A DNA stretch of 64,000 bases from Bacteroidota bacterium (GTDB lineage: Bacteria > Bacteroidota > Bacteroidia > 2-12-FULL-35-15). Of the stretch, positions 1 to 10,685 are shown one piece after another. The notes under the pieces are model-generated. The model was not told where the DNA came from. It saw only the letters and a list, made by a program, of their open reading frames with translations, and ran no database searches. Made by a program: the position numbers and the translations under genes. Each line of letters opens with the position of its first letter. The first letter of the stretch is position 1. The stretch spans positions 2,865 through 66,864 of the forward strand of contig CANFRC010000014.1 in assembly GCA_947449315.1 (NCBI GenBank), read 5' to 3'.

Positions 1-128
1 CAGCTCCCATAAAAACAGAGATGATAGCAACAATGCCTAATGAGCCAATTCCTAAGGAATTCATTTCTTCAAAAATGCGGTCGCGATAGATGGCAATTTT
101 TTCTGGTTTCCCGAAAGCCCTCTTCATT
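1..128 (-). CDS. ABC transporter permease, MlaE-like; N-terminal fragment, gene continues past the window edge
   Basis: Reverse complement of 1-128 starts ATG at 128 and reads MKRAFGKPEKIAIYRDRIFEEMNSLGIGSLGIVAIISVFMGA, which resembles the N-terminus and first TM helix of MlaE-family permeases. Only 42 aa are visible. Confidence 0.35.
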
Positions 129-257
129 AGCAAAAAATAACGACCGAAATGATAAAATATATTCATGAATAGCCTTAAAATTTTTATAAAAATAAGAATA
201 ATTGATAACAAATGATGTGTTTTGTTTTTGCTATCTTTGAGTCATAAGGAATATACA

Positions 258-416
258 ATGAAAAATTTTCTTCAACATACCATCCGTATTATTGCCATCG
301 TGTTTTTTATGACACTTTTCTCGGGCTGTTTTATGTTTCATAAAAAAAATCGTTGTGGTGATTGCCCAAAATGGAAGGTGGAGCTAAAGGCTTTCTTATC
401 AGCCATTTCAGAATAA
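258..416 (+). CDS. Small putative lipoprotein (52 aa) upstream of feoAB
   Basis: An internal Met of ORF 222..416 gives MKNFLQHTIRIIAIVFFMTLFSGC, a signal peptide ending in a lipobox-like Cys. A CGDCPKW motif follows. No family recognised. Confidence 0.3.
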   Translation: MKNFLQHTIRIIAIVFFMTLFSGCFMFHKKNRCGDCPKWKVELKAFLSAISE

Positions 417-586
417 ATCAGCTAAAATTTTCTTTTTAGTAGCAGCATCTCGTTGCTTTTTACCTGTGTTTTATATCAACGTTGTTCCTCGCAATGACGC
501 AAACAGGCGTACTTTGTCTTTCATAGAAAAAATACCTTGTTTTAGGTATTGGTTTAATTCGAATATGGCCTAAAAAAAACGTACTT

Positions 587-859
587 TTGTTTACTAGAAT
601 GACAAACGCGAAAAAGGATAAAGAATTGAAAAATCTGTCACAGCTTCAAATTGGTCAAAGTGCAATTATCGATTCGTTTACCGATAAGATAATGGCTTTG
701 AAACTTTTGGAGATGGGCTGCACTCCTGGTGAAATAGTAACCTTGGATCGTGTTGCACCCATGGGTGATCCGATCGCTATTCTTGTTTCCGGATATTTAT
801 TGAGTTTGCGTAAAGCAGAAGCGTCTACCGTTCTTGTGTCGCCAATTGTGGTTAAATAA
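587..859 (+). CDS. feoA: Ferrous iron transport protein A (FeoA domain)
   Basis: 90 aa. The LKLLEMGCTPGEIVTL...GDPIAI pattern is typical of the FeoA SH3-like domain. It sits immediately upstream of feoB. Confidence 0.75.
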   Translation: MFTRMTNAKKDKELKNLSQLQIGQSAIIDSFTDKIMALKLLEMGCTPGEIVTLDRVAPMGDPIAILVSGYLLSLRKAEASTVLVSPIVVK

Positions 860-873
860 TTAGCAGTTTTGGT

Positions 874-3021
874 GTGGAGTCGAATAAATCATTTGTAAAT
901 TTTTCTGATAGAACAGCTCTGAAAGTGGCGCTAGTTGGTAATCCTAACTGCGGCAAATCTACATTATTTAATGCCCTCACGGGTCTTCATCAAAAAACAG
1001 GTAATTTTCCGGGAGTCACCGTTGATAAGAAATCAGGGTATGCTAAATTAAATAATAAGCTAACGGCTGAATTTGTTGATCTTCCTGGAACATACAGTTT
1101 GTATCCGAAATCGATTGATGAGCGTGTTGCGTTTGAAGTGCTTTGTGATCCCAATAATGCAGACCATCCCGACATCACTATTGTTGTTGCAGATGCCAGC
1201 AATTTAAAACGGAATTTATTCTTGGTTTCTCAAATCATTGATCTGAAAATTCCGGTTATTCTTGCTTTGAATATGATGGACCTTGTTGAGCAAGAAGGGG
1301 ATGTTATTGATGCGATTCGCCTTTCCGAAAAACTCGGAGTAAAAGTAGTAGGGGTGAGCGCACGCAGTAAGGAAGGGGTTGATGAATTGAAAGCGGCATT
1401 GCTACAACCTTTGCCTGTTCCTCAATACGACTTTATCGACATTAAAAAAATTGCAGGAGAGCTGATAGAAAAAATAAGTGCCATTGTAAAAGTCAATAGC
1501 GATTTTGTAGCGTTTCAGATCATCAATAATTTTTCGGAGATTCATTATTTTGATAAAAAATCGGATAAGAAAGAAAAGATTGGTGAAGTTTTAGCTGTTT
1601 CAAAAGTGGATCACAATAAATTACAATCCGATGAGAGTGTGGAGCGATTTAAAATAATAAATCGTATCGTTGAAGAATGTATCACGCACAAGTCTGCCCT
1701 AAAAACAGAATCATTCACTCATAAGCTGGATGGTGTTTTAACACATCGTATTTGGGGATATGTCATTTTTTTAACAGTGCTGTTCTTTATTTTTCAAACC
1801 ATCTTTTTCCTTGCAGCTTATCCGATGAATTGGATAGAGTCACTTTTTGTGTCGCTTTCTCAATGGGCTTCTCACCTCCTTCCGGTAGGAGAAATAAGTA
1901 ATCTATTGGTGAATGGAATTCTTGCAGGATTAAGCGGAGTTGTCGTGTTTGTTCCACAGATTGCATTGCTTTTTGCTTTCATTGCTATATTGGAAGATAC
2001 GGGTTATATGGCACGTGTAAGTTTTATCATGGATAAGCTGATGCGTAGATTTGGTTTGAACGGCCGTTCTGTCATTCCTTTGATCAGTGGTGTTGCTTGT
2101 GCTGTTCCTGCAATTATGAGTACGCGTACCATTAGCAGCTGGAAAGAACGGATCATCACCATCATGGTAACCCCATTAATGAGCTGTTCTGCAAGGCTTC
2201 CTGTTTATACGTTGTTGATATCATTGGTTGTTCCTCACAATAAAACATTGGGGTTTTTTAATTATCAGGGATTGATTCTCATGTTCATGTATCTGATTGG
2301 TTTTATTGCTGCAATTTTAGCTGCATGGGTTATGAAATGGATATTGAAGGCACGTGAAAGAAGTTATTTTATAATGGAATTGCCGGTGTATCGCACACCT
2401 CAATGGAGAACGGTAGGACTTACTATTTTCGATAAAGTAAAAATGTTTTTGTTTGATGCTGGTAAAATTATTGTTGCCATTTCAGTTATCCTTTGGTTCT
2501 TGTCCTCACATGCACCAAGTGGAAGAATGAAAATGGTTGATGAAAAATACCACACGCCCGAAATGCTCTCAAAATATACTCCGAATGAAGTTGAGGCAAA
2601 AATTTCAGCAGAAAAATTAGAAGTATCCTATGCCGGAATACTTGGTAAATCAATTGAGCCAGCAATTGCGCCTTTGGGTTTCGATTGGAAGATCGGTATT
2701 TCATTGGTGACCTCTTTTGCTGCTCGTGAAGTTTTTGTTGGAACGATGGCAACCATCTATAGCGCAGGAAATACAGATAACAACCAAACCATACGAGATA
2801 AGATGCTTGCAGAGGTGGATTCTAAAACGGGCTTGCCCAAATTTTCCATAGCAGTAGGTTTTTCTCTTTTGATATTTTATGCTTTCGCAATGCAATGTAT
2901 GAGCACCTTAGCTGTTGTTTATCGTGAAACAAAAAATTGGAAATGGCCAGCTATTCAGTTTCTTTTTATGGGCATACTTGCCTATGTGTCCAGTTTCGTG
3001 GTATATCACATTTTGAAATAA
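874..3021 (+). CDS. feoB: Ferrous iron transporter FeoB
   Basis: 715 aa. N-terminal G-domain with GNPNCGKSTLFNALTG (P-loop) and DLPGTYSL, followed by a polytopic membrane domain. Length and architecture match FeoB. Confidence 0.9.
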   Translation: MESNKSFVNFSDRTALKVALVGNPNCGKSTLFNALTGLHQKTGNFPGVTVDKKSGYAKLNNKLTAEFVDLPGTYSLYPKSIDERVAFEVLCDPNNADHPDITIVVADASNLKRNLFLVSQIIDLKIPVILALNMMDLVEQEGDVIDAIRLSEKLGVKVVGVSARSKEGVDELKAALLQPLPVPQYDFIDIKKIAGELIEKISAIVKVNSDFVAFQIINNFSEIHYFDKKSDKKEKIGEVLAVSKVDHNKLQSDESVERFKIINRIVEECITHKSALKTESFTHKLDGVLTHRIWGYVIFLTVLFFIFQTIFFLAAYPMNWIESLFVSLSQWASHLLPVGEISNLLVNGILAGLSGVVVFVPQIALLFAFIAILEDTGYMARVSFIMDKLMRRFGLNGRSVIPLISGVACAVPAIMSTRTISSWKERIITIMVTPLMSCSARLPVYTLLISLVVPHNKTLGFFNYQGLILMFMYLIGFIAAILAAWVMKWILKARERSYFIMELPVYRTPQWRTVGLTIFDKVKMFLFDAGKIIVAISVILWFLSSHAPSGRMKMVDEKYHTPEMLSKYTPNEVEAKISAEKLEVSYAGILGKSIEPAIAPLGFDWKIGISLVTSFAAREVFVGTMATIYSAGNTDNNQTIRDKMLAEVDSKTGLPKFSIAVGFSLLIFYAFAMQCMSTLAVVYRETKNWKWPAIQFLFMGILAYVSSFVVYHILK

Positions 3022-3119
3022 GCGCTGAGGAATAAAGCTTTATTTTTCTTCTCACATAAAAAATGAATTTCATGTATGCAATTAGAGTTGTAAATTTGTT
3101 TTCATTCTCATAATGCACA

Positions 3120-3779
3120 ATGACCCAAGTCGACCGCAATCAATCCATACTTCATAAATACATTCCTGAAAAGGCAGTTCCTGTTATTTCCGAATGGATC
3201 TATACGTTTGATTTTAAATTGAAGATCAAAAAAAGCAGATCTTCAAAATATGGTGATTACCGTCCGCCAATAAAAGGTGAGAATCATCAGATCACCATTA
3301 ATTACGACATGAATAAATATGCTTTTCTGATTACGCTCGTTCATGAAATAGCACACCTATCCAACTATAATAAGCATAAACATACTGTTAAACCACATGG
3401 TGAAGAGTGGAAATTTCATTTCAAACAATTAATGCAGCAATTTTTAACGCCTGAGATATTTCCTCTGGATGTAATCACAGCTTTAAGAAAATACATGAAT
3501 AACCCGGCTGCTTCAAGCTGTTCAGATACCAACTTGTTGCGGGTATTAAAAAATTATGATTTACGCGAAACGACTGTTTTTTTAGAAGATGTGCCAATGG
3601 GCGCTACCTTTTCTTACAACAATGATCGTTACTTCATAAAAGGAGAACAAGCTAGAAAACGTATTAAATGCAAAGAGGTGAATACCAAAAACAATTACTT
3701 GTTTAACCCGCTTACTGAAGTATTGGTAATAAATACACCCCTTTTTGCCGAAAATAAGAGTGATTTGACCAATATTTAA
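3120..3779 (+). CDS. SprT-like zinc-metallopeptidase-fold protein
   Basis: 219 aa. YGDYRPP...ITIN...LVHEIAHL carries the HExxH motif and flanking pattern of the SprT-like family. Confidence 0.55.
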   Translation: MTQVDRNQSILHKYIPEKAVPVISEWIYTFDFKLKIKKSRSSKYGDYRPPIKGENHQITINYDMNKYAFLITLVHEIAHLSNYNKHKHTVKPHGEEWKFHFKQLMQQFLTPEIFPLDVITALRKYMNNPAASSCSDTNLLRVLKNYDLRETTVFLEDVPMGATFSYNNDRYFIKGEQARKRIKCKEVNTKNNYLFNPLTEVLVINTPLFAENKSDLTNI

Positions 3780-3860
3780 TCAACATTTACGGCTGTTGTA
3801 TTGCCTTTTTATTAAATTTGTTCAGCATGAATGAGTGCCAATAATAAACAATAAAAATTT

Positions 3861-5159
3861 TTGATTATGAGTGTAAATGCAGCAGAAAAGGGTATTGATT
3901 TAAAAGTATCAAAACTTGCAGAAAATATTATTGGGTCGGAGATCATCAAACTTGCTGCGGAAGTAAATGAAAAAATTAAAAAGGGTGAAAAGGTTTACAA
4001 TTTTACAATAGGCGATTTTAATCCTAAAATTTTTCCTATTCCAGCAGGATTAAAGAAAGCGATCATCAATGCGTATGAAGATGATCAAACAAATTATCCT
4101 GCTGCCGACGGCATGTTGGAATTGCGTCAGTCTGTTTCGAAGTTGTTGATGGAGCGAGGTGAGTTGGATTATAAAGTGGACGAAATTGTTATTGCTGGCG
4201 GTGCACGTCCTGTGATCTATGCTATTTTCAAAGCATTGGTAGATGCGGATGATGTTGTTTTATTTCCGGTCCCTTCTTGGAACAATAATCATTATACCTA
4301 TTTGAATAATGCCAAAGCCGTATTAATAGAGACTACACCTGAAAATAAATTTATGCCTACTGCTGCGGATCTGAAACCACATATCAGCTCGGCAAATTTA
4401 ATTGCTTTGTGCTCACCTTTAAATCCAACAGGTACAACATTTAAGAAAAAAGATTTGGAAGAAATTTGTGATCTGATCTTAGACGAGAATGCAAAACGTA
4501 ATGTACAAAATAAGAAACCTTTGTACCTGATGTACGATCAAATATACTGGGCATTAACATTTGGTGAAACCAAACATTACAATCCGGTTACATTGCGTCC
4601 TGAGATGAAAAATTACACGGTATTTGTAGATGGGATCTCTAAGTCGTTGGCATCAACAGGGGTGCGGGTAGGATGGAGTATGGGTCCGAAAAAAATCATC
4701 GACAAGATGAAATCAATTTTGACTCATGTGGGTGCTTGGGCTCCAAAAGCGGAACAAATGGCTACAGCCGTCTATCTGAATGACCTGAAGGAATACGATG
4801 CCTATTTAGCGGATATTAAAACAAAGATCAATGATCGTCTTGTTCAGTTCCACAAAGGATTTCAAAGTTTAAAGTCAGAAGGATTCAAAGTGGATGCTAT
4901 AGCACCTGAAGCAGCTATTTATTTAACGGTTCAGTTTTCATTGCATGGACAAAAAACACAAGAAGGAAATGTTCTGAAGACAACCCAAGATGTGACAAAA
5001 TATATTCTGGATGAAGCAAAGGTAGCGTTGGTTCCATTTTATGCTTTTGGTGCATCAGCCGATTCCAGCTGGTATCGTTTGTCGGTAGGGACTTGTAAGG
5101 TTGAAGACATTAATGATGTAGTAGGAAATTTAAGAAGTGCATTAGCAAAATTATCATAA
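3861..5159 (+). CDS. Pyridoxal-phosphate-dependent aminotransferase, class I/II (aspartate/aromatic aminotransferase-like)
   Basis: 432 aa. SKSLASTGVRVGW contains the PLP-binding Lys context. Overall size and NP.NPTG-like motif (SPLNPTGT) are typical of fold-type I aminotransferases. Confidence 0.75.
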   Translation: MIMSVNAAEKGIDLKVSKLAENIIGSEIIKLAAEVNEKIKKGEKVYNFTIGDFNPKIFPIPAGLKKAIINAYEDDQTNYPAADGMLELRQSVSKLLMERGELDYKVDEIVIAGGARPVIYAIFKALVDADDVVLFPVPSWNNNHYTYLNNAKAVLIETTPENKFMPTAADLKPHISSANLIALCSPLNPTGTTFKKKDLEEICDLILDENAKRNVQNKKPLYLMYDQIYWALTFGETKHYNPVTLRPEMKNYTVFVDGISKSLASTGVRVGWSMGPKKIIDKMKSILTHVGAWAPKAEQMATAVYLNDLKEYDAYLADIKTKINDRLVQFHKGFQSLKSEGFKVDAIAPEAAIYLTVQFSLHGQKTQEGNVLKTTQDVTKYILDEAKVALVPFYAFGASADSSWYRLSVGTCKVEDINDVVGNLRSALAKLS

Positions 5160-5170
5160 TACAAAATAGC

Positions 5171-6259
5171 GTGAAGAATAATTATTGTGTGATAATGGCA
5201 GGCGGCGTTGGCAGTCGCTTTTGGCCGATGAGCAGAACAGCCCATCCAAAACAGTTCATGGACATTTTAGGTACAGGTAAAACATTACTCCAACAAACCT
5301 ATGATCGTTTTGCGCGCCTTTGTCCGAAAGAAAATATTTATATTGTTACCAACGATTCTTATGTTGAGCTTGTAAAAGAACAAATTAAAGGAATCGCGGA
5401 AGGCAATATTCTAAGTGAGCCGGCCCGGAAGAACACTGCACCGTGTGTTGCATATGCCTGTTATAAGATTGCTCAATTAAATCCAGATGCTTTAACAGTA
5501 ATCGCCCCTTCTGATCATCTTATTGTTAAAGAAGATACGTTTGTAAAAGCTATAAAAGCATGTTTCTTAAAAGCATCAAAAGAAGATTGTTTGGTGACAT
5601 TAGGCATTCGTCCAAGTCGTCCTGATACAGGTTATGGATATATTCAGTTTGTTGAATCAGAAGCAAAAGAAAATGATAAAAGGATAAAAAAAGTAAAAAC
5701 ATTTACAGAGAAACCGGATCTGGAAATGGCCAAATTTTTTATACAGAGTGGCGACTTTCTATGGAATTCAGGGATCTTTATCTGGAGTGTGAAAAGTGTA
5801 ATCAATGCATTTGAAAAATATTCCCCTGATATGGATGCTATTTTCCGAGAGGGCAATGAAGATTATAATACTCCCAATGAATCCAAGTTTATAGAAAAAG
5901 CATATTCCAACTGTAAAAATATTTCTATTGATTATGCGATCATGGAAAAAGCTGAAAATGTATATGTACGTTCTTCCATTATTGGCTGGAGCGATTTAGG
6001 TACATGGGGTTCGCTATATGATCATATCAAACATGATGACAATAAAAATGCTATTGTCGGAAAAAATGTAATGGTATACAATTCAAAAAATTGTATCGTT
6101 AACGTAGCTAAAGATAAGCTGGTTGTGATGCAAGGGTTAGAGGATTATATTGTTGTTGAATCAGATGGCATCTTGCTTATTTGTAAAAAGGAAGATGAAC
6201 AACAGATCAGAACTTTTGTGAATGATGTGAAAGTTGCAAAAGGAGAAAAGTTCGTTTAG
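5171..6259 (+). CDS. manC: Mannose-1-phosphate guanylyltransferase (GDP-mannose pyrophosphorylase)
   Basis: 362 aa. The N-terminal IMAGGVGSRFWPMSR..PKQF nucleotidyltransferase signature is typical of ManC/CpsB. Confidence 0.75.
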   Translation: MKNNYCVIMAGGVGSRFWPMSRTAHPKQFMDILGTGKTLLQQTYDRFARLCPKENIYIVTNDSYVELVKEQIKGIAEGNILSEPARKNTAPCVAYACYKIAQLNPDALTVIAPSDHLIVKEDTFVKAIKACFLKASKEDCLVTLGIRPSRPDTGYGYIQFVESEAKENDKRIKKVKTFTEKPDLEMAKFFIQSGDFLWNSGIFIWSVKSVINAFEKYSPDMDAIFREGNEDYNTPNESKFIEKAYSNCKNISIDYAIMEKAENVYVRSSIIGWSDLGTWGSLYDHIKHDDNKNAIVGKNVMVYNSKNCIVNVAKDKLVVMQGLEDYIVVESDGILLICKKEDEQQIRTFVNDVKVAKGEKFV

Positions 6260-6942
6260 TTACTGTCTTTTCCGTCGTTGTATTTCTTTCCTTTATAAGC
6301 ACCCGAAAAATACAAGATAAGTCTTCCTCCCAGAATGGATTGCTCTGAGTTATAATCCACAAAGAAAGACGCACCAATTCCCACATCGTACGTAATTTTT
6401 TTCACTGCCTCTATCTGTGCATATAAACCAGGTTGTTTATAAGGCCTTGTATACACCGTGTCACCAACTTTTCCATACCCCGAAGAATAAGAAACTCCTG
6501 CAAATCCGGCAAAGTGTACATCCTTATTTTCAAAACGTTTCCCATATCCCAAATGAAATTGATAATTATTGTAGAATCCAAAACTTTCTCCTGTGATGAA
6601 AGCGCCTACCTGAAAATACTGTTGAGTGATATGGAAATTAAAGTCCAACCCTCCTGCAAATCCTGCACTTCTATTGTATGTTAAATTTTGTTGAAATCCT
6701 CCTCCAGCGGTCAGCCAATTGTTGTAGTAAGTCAATTTGCGGTTATTTAAAATAAAAGTACTGTCTGTAGGTGTTTTTCTTTTTTTCTTTACTTCTTGAT
6801 CATCAGTTTTTTTGTCTGGAACGATCTGGTAATGTTTCCCATTGATAACAGTATCTGTTTGAGCAGATAGTTGAATTGCAATAAAACTCATTGCAACAAG
6901 AAACAAAAATGGGATACGTTTTTTCAAAATAATAATGATCAA
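6256..6942 (-). CDS. Outer-membrane beta-barrel protein with signal peptide
   Basis: 228 aa. N-terminal signal (FLFLVAMSFIAIQLSAQ), a Lys-rich linker, then alternating aromatic/Gly-rich strands. Its stop overlaps the manC stop in a convergent arrangement. Confidence 0.45.
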   Translation of the reverse strand: MIIIILKKRIPFLFLVAMSFIAIQLSAQTDTVINGKHYQIVPDKKTDDQEVKKKRKTPTDSTFILNNRKLTYYNNWLTAGGGFQQNLTYNRSAGFAGGLDFNFHITQQYFQVGAFITGESFGFYNNYQFHLGYGKRFENKDVHFAGFAGVSYSSGYGKVGDTVYTRPYKQPGLYAQIEAVKKITYDVGIGASFFVDYNSEQSILGGRLILYFSGAYKGKKYNDGKDSN

Positions 6943-7048
6943 CTGTAAAGGGATGATTTATTAAACGTCATTGAATGAAAATTAGTTTCTTTCAATGACG
7001 TTCTGAATTTTATTTTAGTTTTCTAAAAAAAGAAAATAATTAGTGGTT

Positions 7049-8446
7049 TTATTTTAATGAGCCGCACATATCTTCAGGCTTCACCCATTGATCGAATTGC
7101 TCATTCGTAACATACCCTAATTCTATTGCCGCTTCACGTAAGGTTTTATTTCCTTTGTGAGCAGTTTTAGCAATCTTTGCAGCTTTCTCGTAACCAATGT
7201 GTGTGTTTAAAGCAGTAACTAGCATCAATGAATTCTCAAGATGTTGTTTTAAGATTGGCAAGTTTGGTTCGATACCCGCCGCACAATTATCATTGAAAGA
7301 AACGCAAGCATCACCGATCAAACGAGCAGATTGCAATACGTTTGCTGCGATCAGTGGTTTGAATACATTTAATTCGAAATGTCCATTTGATCCACCAATA
7401 GAAACAGCCACATCGTTGCCCATTACCTGAGCACATACCATTGTTAAAGCTTCTGGTTGGGTAGGATTTACTTTCCCTGGCATAATAGAAGAACCTGGTT
7501 CATTATCAGGAATAATGATTTCACCAATCCCGCAACGAGGTCCAGAAGATAACATTCGTACATCATTTGCTATTTTCATCAATGCCACAGCCGAACGTTT
7601 TAATGCACCTGATAGTTCAACCATTGCATCATGAGCAGCGAGTGCTTCAAATTTGTTTGGAGCTGTGATAAATGGCAACCCAGTTAGCTCTGCAATTTTT
7701 TTAGCCACCAACACATCGTATCCTTTAGGTGTGTTTAATCCAGTACCTACTGCTGTTCCACCTAATGCCAACTCACGGACAACTTCCAGCGCATTTTTAA
7801 TTGCACGGATGCTATTGGTTAATTGTTGAGCATATCCGGAAAATTCTTGTCCAAGCGTTAATGGTGTTGCATCCATAAAGTGGGTGCGCCCAGTTTTTAC
7901 AATGTTTTTAAAATCGTCCGACTTTTTGACTAAAGTGTTTCTCAACTTTTCTATTCCAGGAATCGTGATGTCGACTACTTGTTTGTATGCAGCAATATGC
8001 ATAGCGGTAGGGTAGGTATCGTTCGATGATTGTGATTTATTTACATCATCATTCGGGTGGATGAATATTTTACCCTCCCCCAATTTATTTCCTTGTAAAA
8101 CGTGAGATCGGTTAGAAACCACTTCATTCACATTCATGTTGGATTGTGTTCCTGAACCTGTTTGCCAAATCACCAATGGGAATTCACTATCTAATTTACC
8201 TGCAATCACTTCGTCACAAGCTTTTGAGATAAGGTCTTTTTTATCTGCTGCCAATACACCCAATTCGTGGTTAGCCATTGCCGCCGCTTTTTTAAGATAA
8301 CCGAAAGCATAAATGATTTCTTTTGGCATTGAAGCCTCAGGTCCTATTTTAAAATTGTTGCGCGAACGCTCTGTTTGTGCTCCCCAATATTTATCGGCAG
8401 GCACTTTTACTTCGCCCATTGTGTCGGTTTCAAATCGGTATTCCAT
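7049..8446 (-). CDS. fumC: Fumarate hydratase class II
   Basis: 465 aa. Carries the [13 protein letters not shown] signature of the fumarase/aspartase family, and an N-terminus [28 protein letters not shown] that is FumC-like rather than AspA-like. Confidence 0.85.
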   Translation of the reverse strand: MEYRFETDTMGEVKVPADKYWGAQTERSRNNFKIGPEASMPKEIIYAFGYLKKAAAMANHELGVLAADKKDLISKACDEVIAGKLDSEFPLVIWQTGSGTQSNMNVNEVVSNRSHVLQGNKLGEGKIFIHPNDDVNKSQSSNDTYPTAMHIAAYKQVVDITIPGIEKLRNTLVKKSDDFKNIVKTGRTHFMDATPLTLGQEFSGYAQQLTNSIRAIKNALEVVRELALGGTAVGTGLNTPKGYDVLVAKKIAELTGLPFITAPNKFEALAAHDAMVELSGALKRSAVALMKIANDVRMLSSGPRCGIGEIIIPDNEPGSSIMPGKVNPTQPEALTMVCAQVMGNDVAVSIGGSNGHFELNVFKPLIAANVLQSARLIGDACVSFNDNCAAGIEPNLPILKQHLENSLMLVTALNTHIGYEKAAKIAKTAHKGNKTLREAAIELGYVTNEQFDQWVKPEDMCGSLK

Positions 8447-8719
8447 TGTATTAGTTTTTAGTTGTGAGTCTTTTTGCTGTTAGATTTCAGAGGTAAATTT
8501 AAGATTTATTTTGGTATGAAAAAGAAGATTATTTTACTCGCTTTCTAACCTATTCAGCATAAGTACTTGTTCAAAAAAATGCAAGTACTATGTTTTCTTC
8601 TGTCTCCGATTTCCGCTGATTTGTTTATCTTTTATAACTGACGGCATTCATTAGCCTGGCATAAAATATACACCTTTCCATTGTAGATTCTTATTGAATT
8701 GATTTCAACGTTTGTTGGA

Positions 8720-9067
8720 TCAGATCAATTCCAAAACTCTTTCGGGTGGTCTCCCAATAACAGCGCTCTTGCCATTAATAATAATAGGGCGTTCCATCAG
8801 TATCGGATTTTCGGATAATATTTTTATCCATTGTGTTTCTGTTAAATGCTTTCCCGCAAATTTTTCTTTGAATAGTGACTCTCCTTTACGCACAAGCTCT
8901 TCTGCATTCATACCAAGCATTTTCAAGAGATCCTTTATTTCTTTTTGTGAAGGAGGTGTCTTTAAGTATTCGATGATCTCGGACCTAATTCCTTTTTCTG
9001 ATAGAATACTACACGCTTGGCGGCTCTTCGAACACCTCGCGTTGTGGTATACTTTAACTGTTGCCAT
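8720..9067 (-). CDS. ArsC/Spx-family protein (arsenate reductase-like, glutaredoxin fold)
   Basis: 115 aa. The N-terminal [15 protein letters not shown] motif is characteristic of the ArsC family. Confidence 0.7.
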   Translation of the reverse strand: MATVKVYHNARCSKSRQACSILSEKGIRSEIIEYLKTPPSQKEIKDLLKMLGMNAEELVRKGESLFKEKFAGKHLTETQWIKILSENPILMERPIIINGKSAVIGRPPERVLELI

Positions 9068-10143
9068 ATTCCATTAAATAAGCTTTTATAAAATCATCCA
9101 GATCGCCATCCATTACCGCCTGAACATTTGATGTTTCATATCCGGTGCGGATATCTTTGATTAATTTATAAGGTTGAAAAACATAATTTCTTATCTGTGA
9201 TCCCCACTCGATTTTCTTTTTATTACCTTCTATCACATTAATTGCTTCACGCTGTTTTCGTAATTCAATTTCGAATAATTGCGATTTTAATAATTTTATT
9301 GCATTCTCTTTGTTTTGCAATTGAGATCGCGACTCTTGATTCTTAATGATGATGCCAGATGGTTTGTGATAGAGACGCACAGCAGTTTCTACCTTGTTTA
9401 CATTTTGCCCGCCAGCGCCACCTGCTCGGAATGTCTCAAACTCAAGATCTCCTGGGTTGACATCTATTTCAATGGTATCATCAATTAAAGGGTAGGCATA
9501 AACAGAAGCAAATGAAGTGTGACGTTTCGCATTTGCATCAAATGGTGAAATACGAACAAGTCGGTGAACGCCATTCTCTCCTTTTAAATAACCAAATGCA
9601 TAATCACCTTCAAATTCTAATGTTACCGATTTTATTCCGGCGGCATCGCCTTCCGTTCGGTCAGTCTCTTTTATTTTATAACCATGCTTACTCCCCCACA
9701 TCATATACATCCGCATAAGCATTTCTGCCCAGTCGCAACTTTCTGTCCCGCCCGCTCCTGCATTTATTTGAACAACACAACTTAAAATATCTTCTTTTCC
9801 ACTGAGCATGTTTTTAAACTCAATTTCTTCGAGATTTTTTTTAGTAGAGACAAATTGTTGCATGACATCGTCTTCACTAGCTTCGCCTTCTTTATAGAAT
9901 TCGTAGAGGAGAGATAGGTCGTCCATGCTACGAGATAATTCATCGTAGGACTTGGTCCAGTTTTTTTTTATTTTGGTTTGTTTAAGAAGCTCTTCCGCTT
10001 TTTTTGGATTGTCCCAGAAATTGGGTGCGAGTGCTCTTTCTTCTTCTTCGGCTATTTCTAGTAATTTACGGTCGAGGTCAAAGATGCCCCCTTAACGCAT
10101 CCGTGCGCTCCCGAAGGTCTTTTAGTTGGTCAGTTGTAATCAT
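9054..10143 (-). CDS. prfB: Peptide chain release factor 2, requiring a programmed +1 ribosomal frameshift
   Basis: The GGQ motif (GAGGQNVNK) and RF2-type body lie in ORF 9054..9926. That frame continues upstream without an ATG. A short upstream ORF (ATG at 10143) reads [21 protein letters not shown] and ends at TGA within AGGGGGCATCTTTGAC (minus strand, 10077-10092). Shifting +1 at CTT-T-GAC joins the two frames for about 362 aa. Confidence 0.85.
10077..10092 (-). other. prfB programmed +1 frameshift site (SD-like AGGGGG, then CTT TGA C)
   Basis: Minus-strand sequence AGG GGG CAT CTT TGA C, i.e. the complement of the plus-strand string ggtcaaagatgccccc (read 5' to 3' on the minus strand it gives AGGGGG, 3 nt, CTTTGAC). 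It matches the canonical RF2 autoregulatory site. Confidence 0.8.
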
Positions 10144-10204
10144 ATCACAAAGTTAATAATTATGCCGATATAGAAAGAAAAATAAGAGTATTTTTGTTAC
10201 GACT

Positions 10205-10684
10205 ATGCAAACTAAATTTTTTAGAATAAACGATAAGGAATATTGTCATATTTCTGATGATGCTATTTTTATTTTCAATAGTAAAGAACCCACCCGTATT
10301 CCATTGGAAGATGAATTAGGCAATGCTTGGGGAATCAGTAGTATCTTGAATTATATATTTTTTGTTTTGCTGTTGTTTTATACATCTAGTTCTTTGGGTA
10401 ATTATGGAATGAGTTTTTTTAAGTACCCTATCAATTATGGTGGCTTATTACTTTTATTTATGTCGTTAATAAAAATTAAAGAAGGTTTTCAAACTAGCAG
10501 TACGCCAACTATTCCAAGAAAAAAAGTAAGATCAGTGTATTTGAAGTCGCCAAAATTTTCATATCCTAGCGTTGCAATTTATTTTGATGGGCCAGAAGGG
10601 AAAATCTTAAGAAGAAATATTCGTGTTTCGAATAAAAAGGAAGCGCTCTTGATATTGCAAGAAACAGGTTTGATCAAGAAATAG
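10205..10684 (+). CDS. Hypothetical membrane protein
   Basis: 159 aa. Two predicted hydrophobic helices (ILNYIFFVLLLFY and GGLLLLFMSLI). No recognisable family. Confidence 0.35.
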   Translation: MQTKFFRINDKEYCHISDDAIFIFNSKEPTRIPLEDELGNAWGISSILNYIFFVLLLFYTSSSLGNYGMSFFKYPINYGGLLLLFMSLIKIKEGFQTSSTPTIPRKKVRSVYLKSPKFSYPSVAIYFDGPEGKILRRNIRVSNKKEALLILQETGLIKK

Positions 10685-10685
10685 G

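Noticed and set aside
990-1202. Antisense ORFs nested inside long genes (examples: 990..1202-, 2486..2752-, 2701..2895- in feoB; 5644..5856- in manC; 7197..7430+ in fumC; 15141..15584- in mutY; 22655..23069- in the anti-sigma gene; 53658..53909-, 55647..55841-, 56414..56617- in the PorU-like gene)
   Set aside because: Each lies wholly inside, and antisense to, a well-supported longer gene. Each has low-complexity or hydrophobic-junk composition and no recognisable motif, so they are treated as frame shadows.
3022-3119. AATAAAGCTTTATT perfect palindrome after feoB, considered as a terminator
   Set aside because: All-A/T 7-bp stem with no loop. Too weak and unstable to call a terminator or operator with confidence.
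8712-9077. 121-aa plus-strand ORF opposite the ArsC-family gene
   Set aside because: The minus-strand translation carries the clear ArsC CxxS/R motif. The plus-strand product is low-complexity Ser/Ile-rich.
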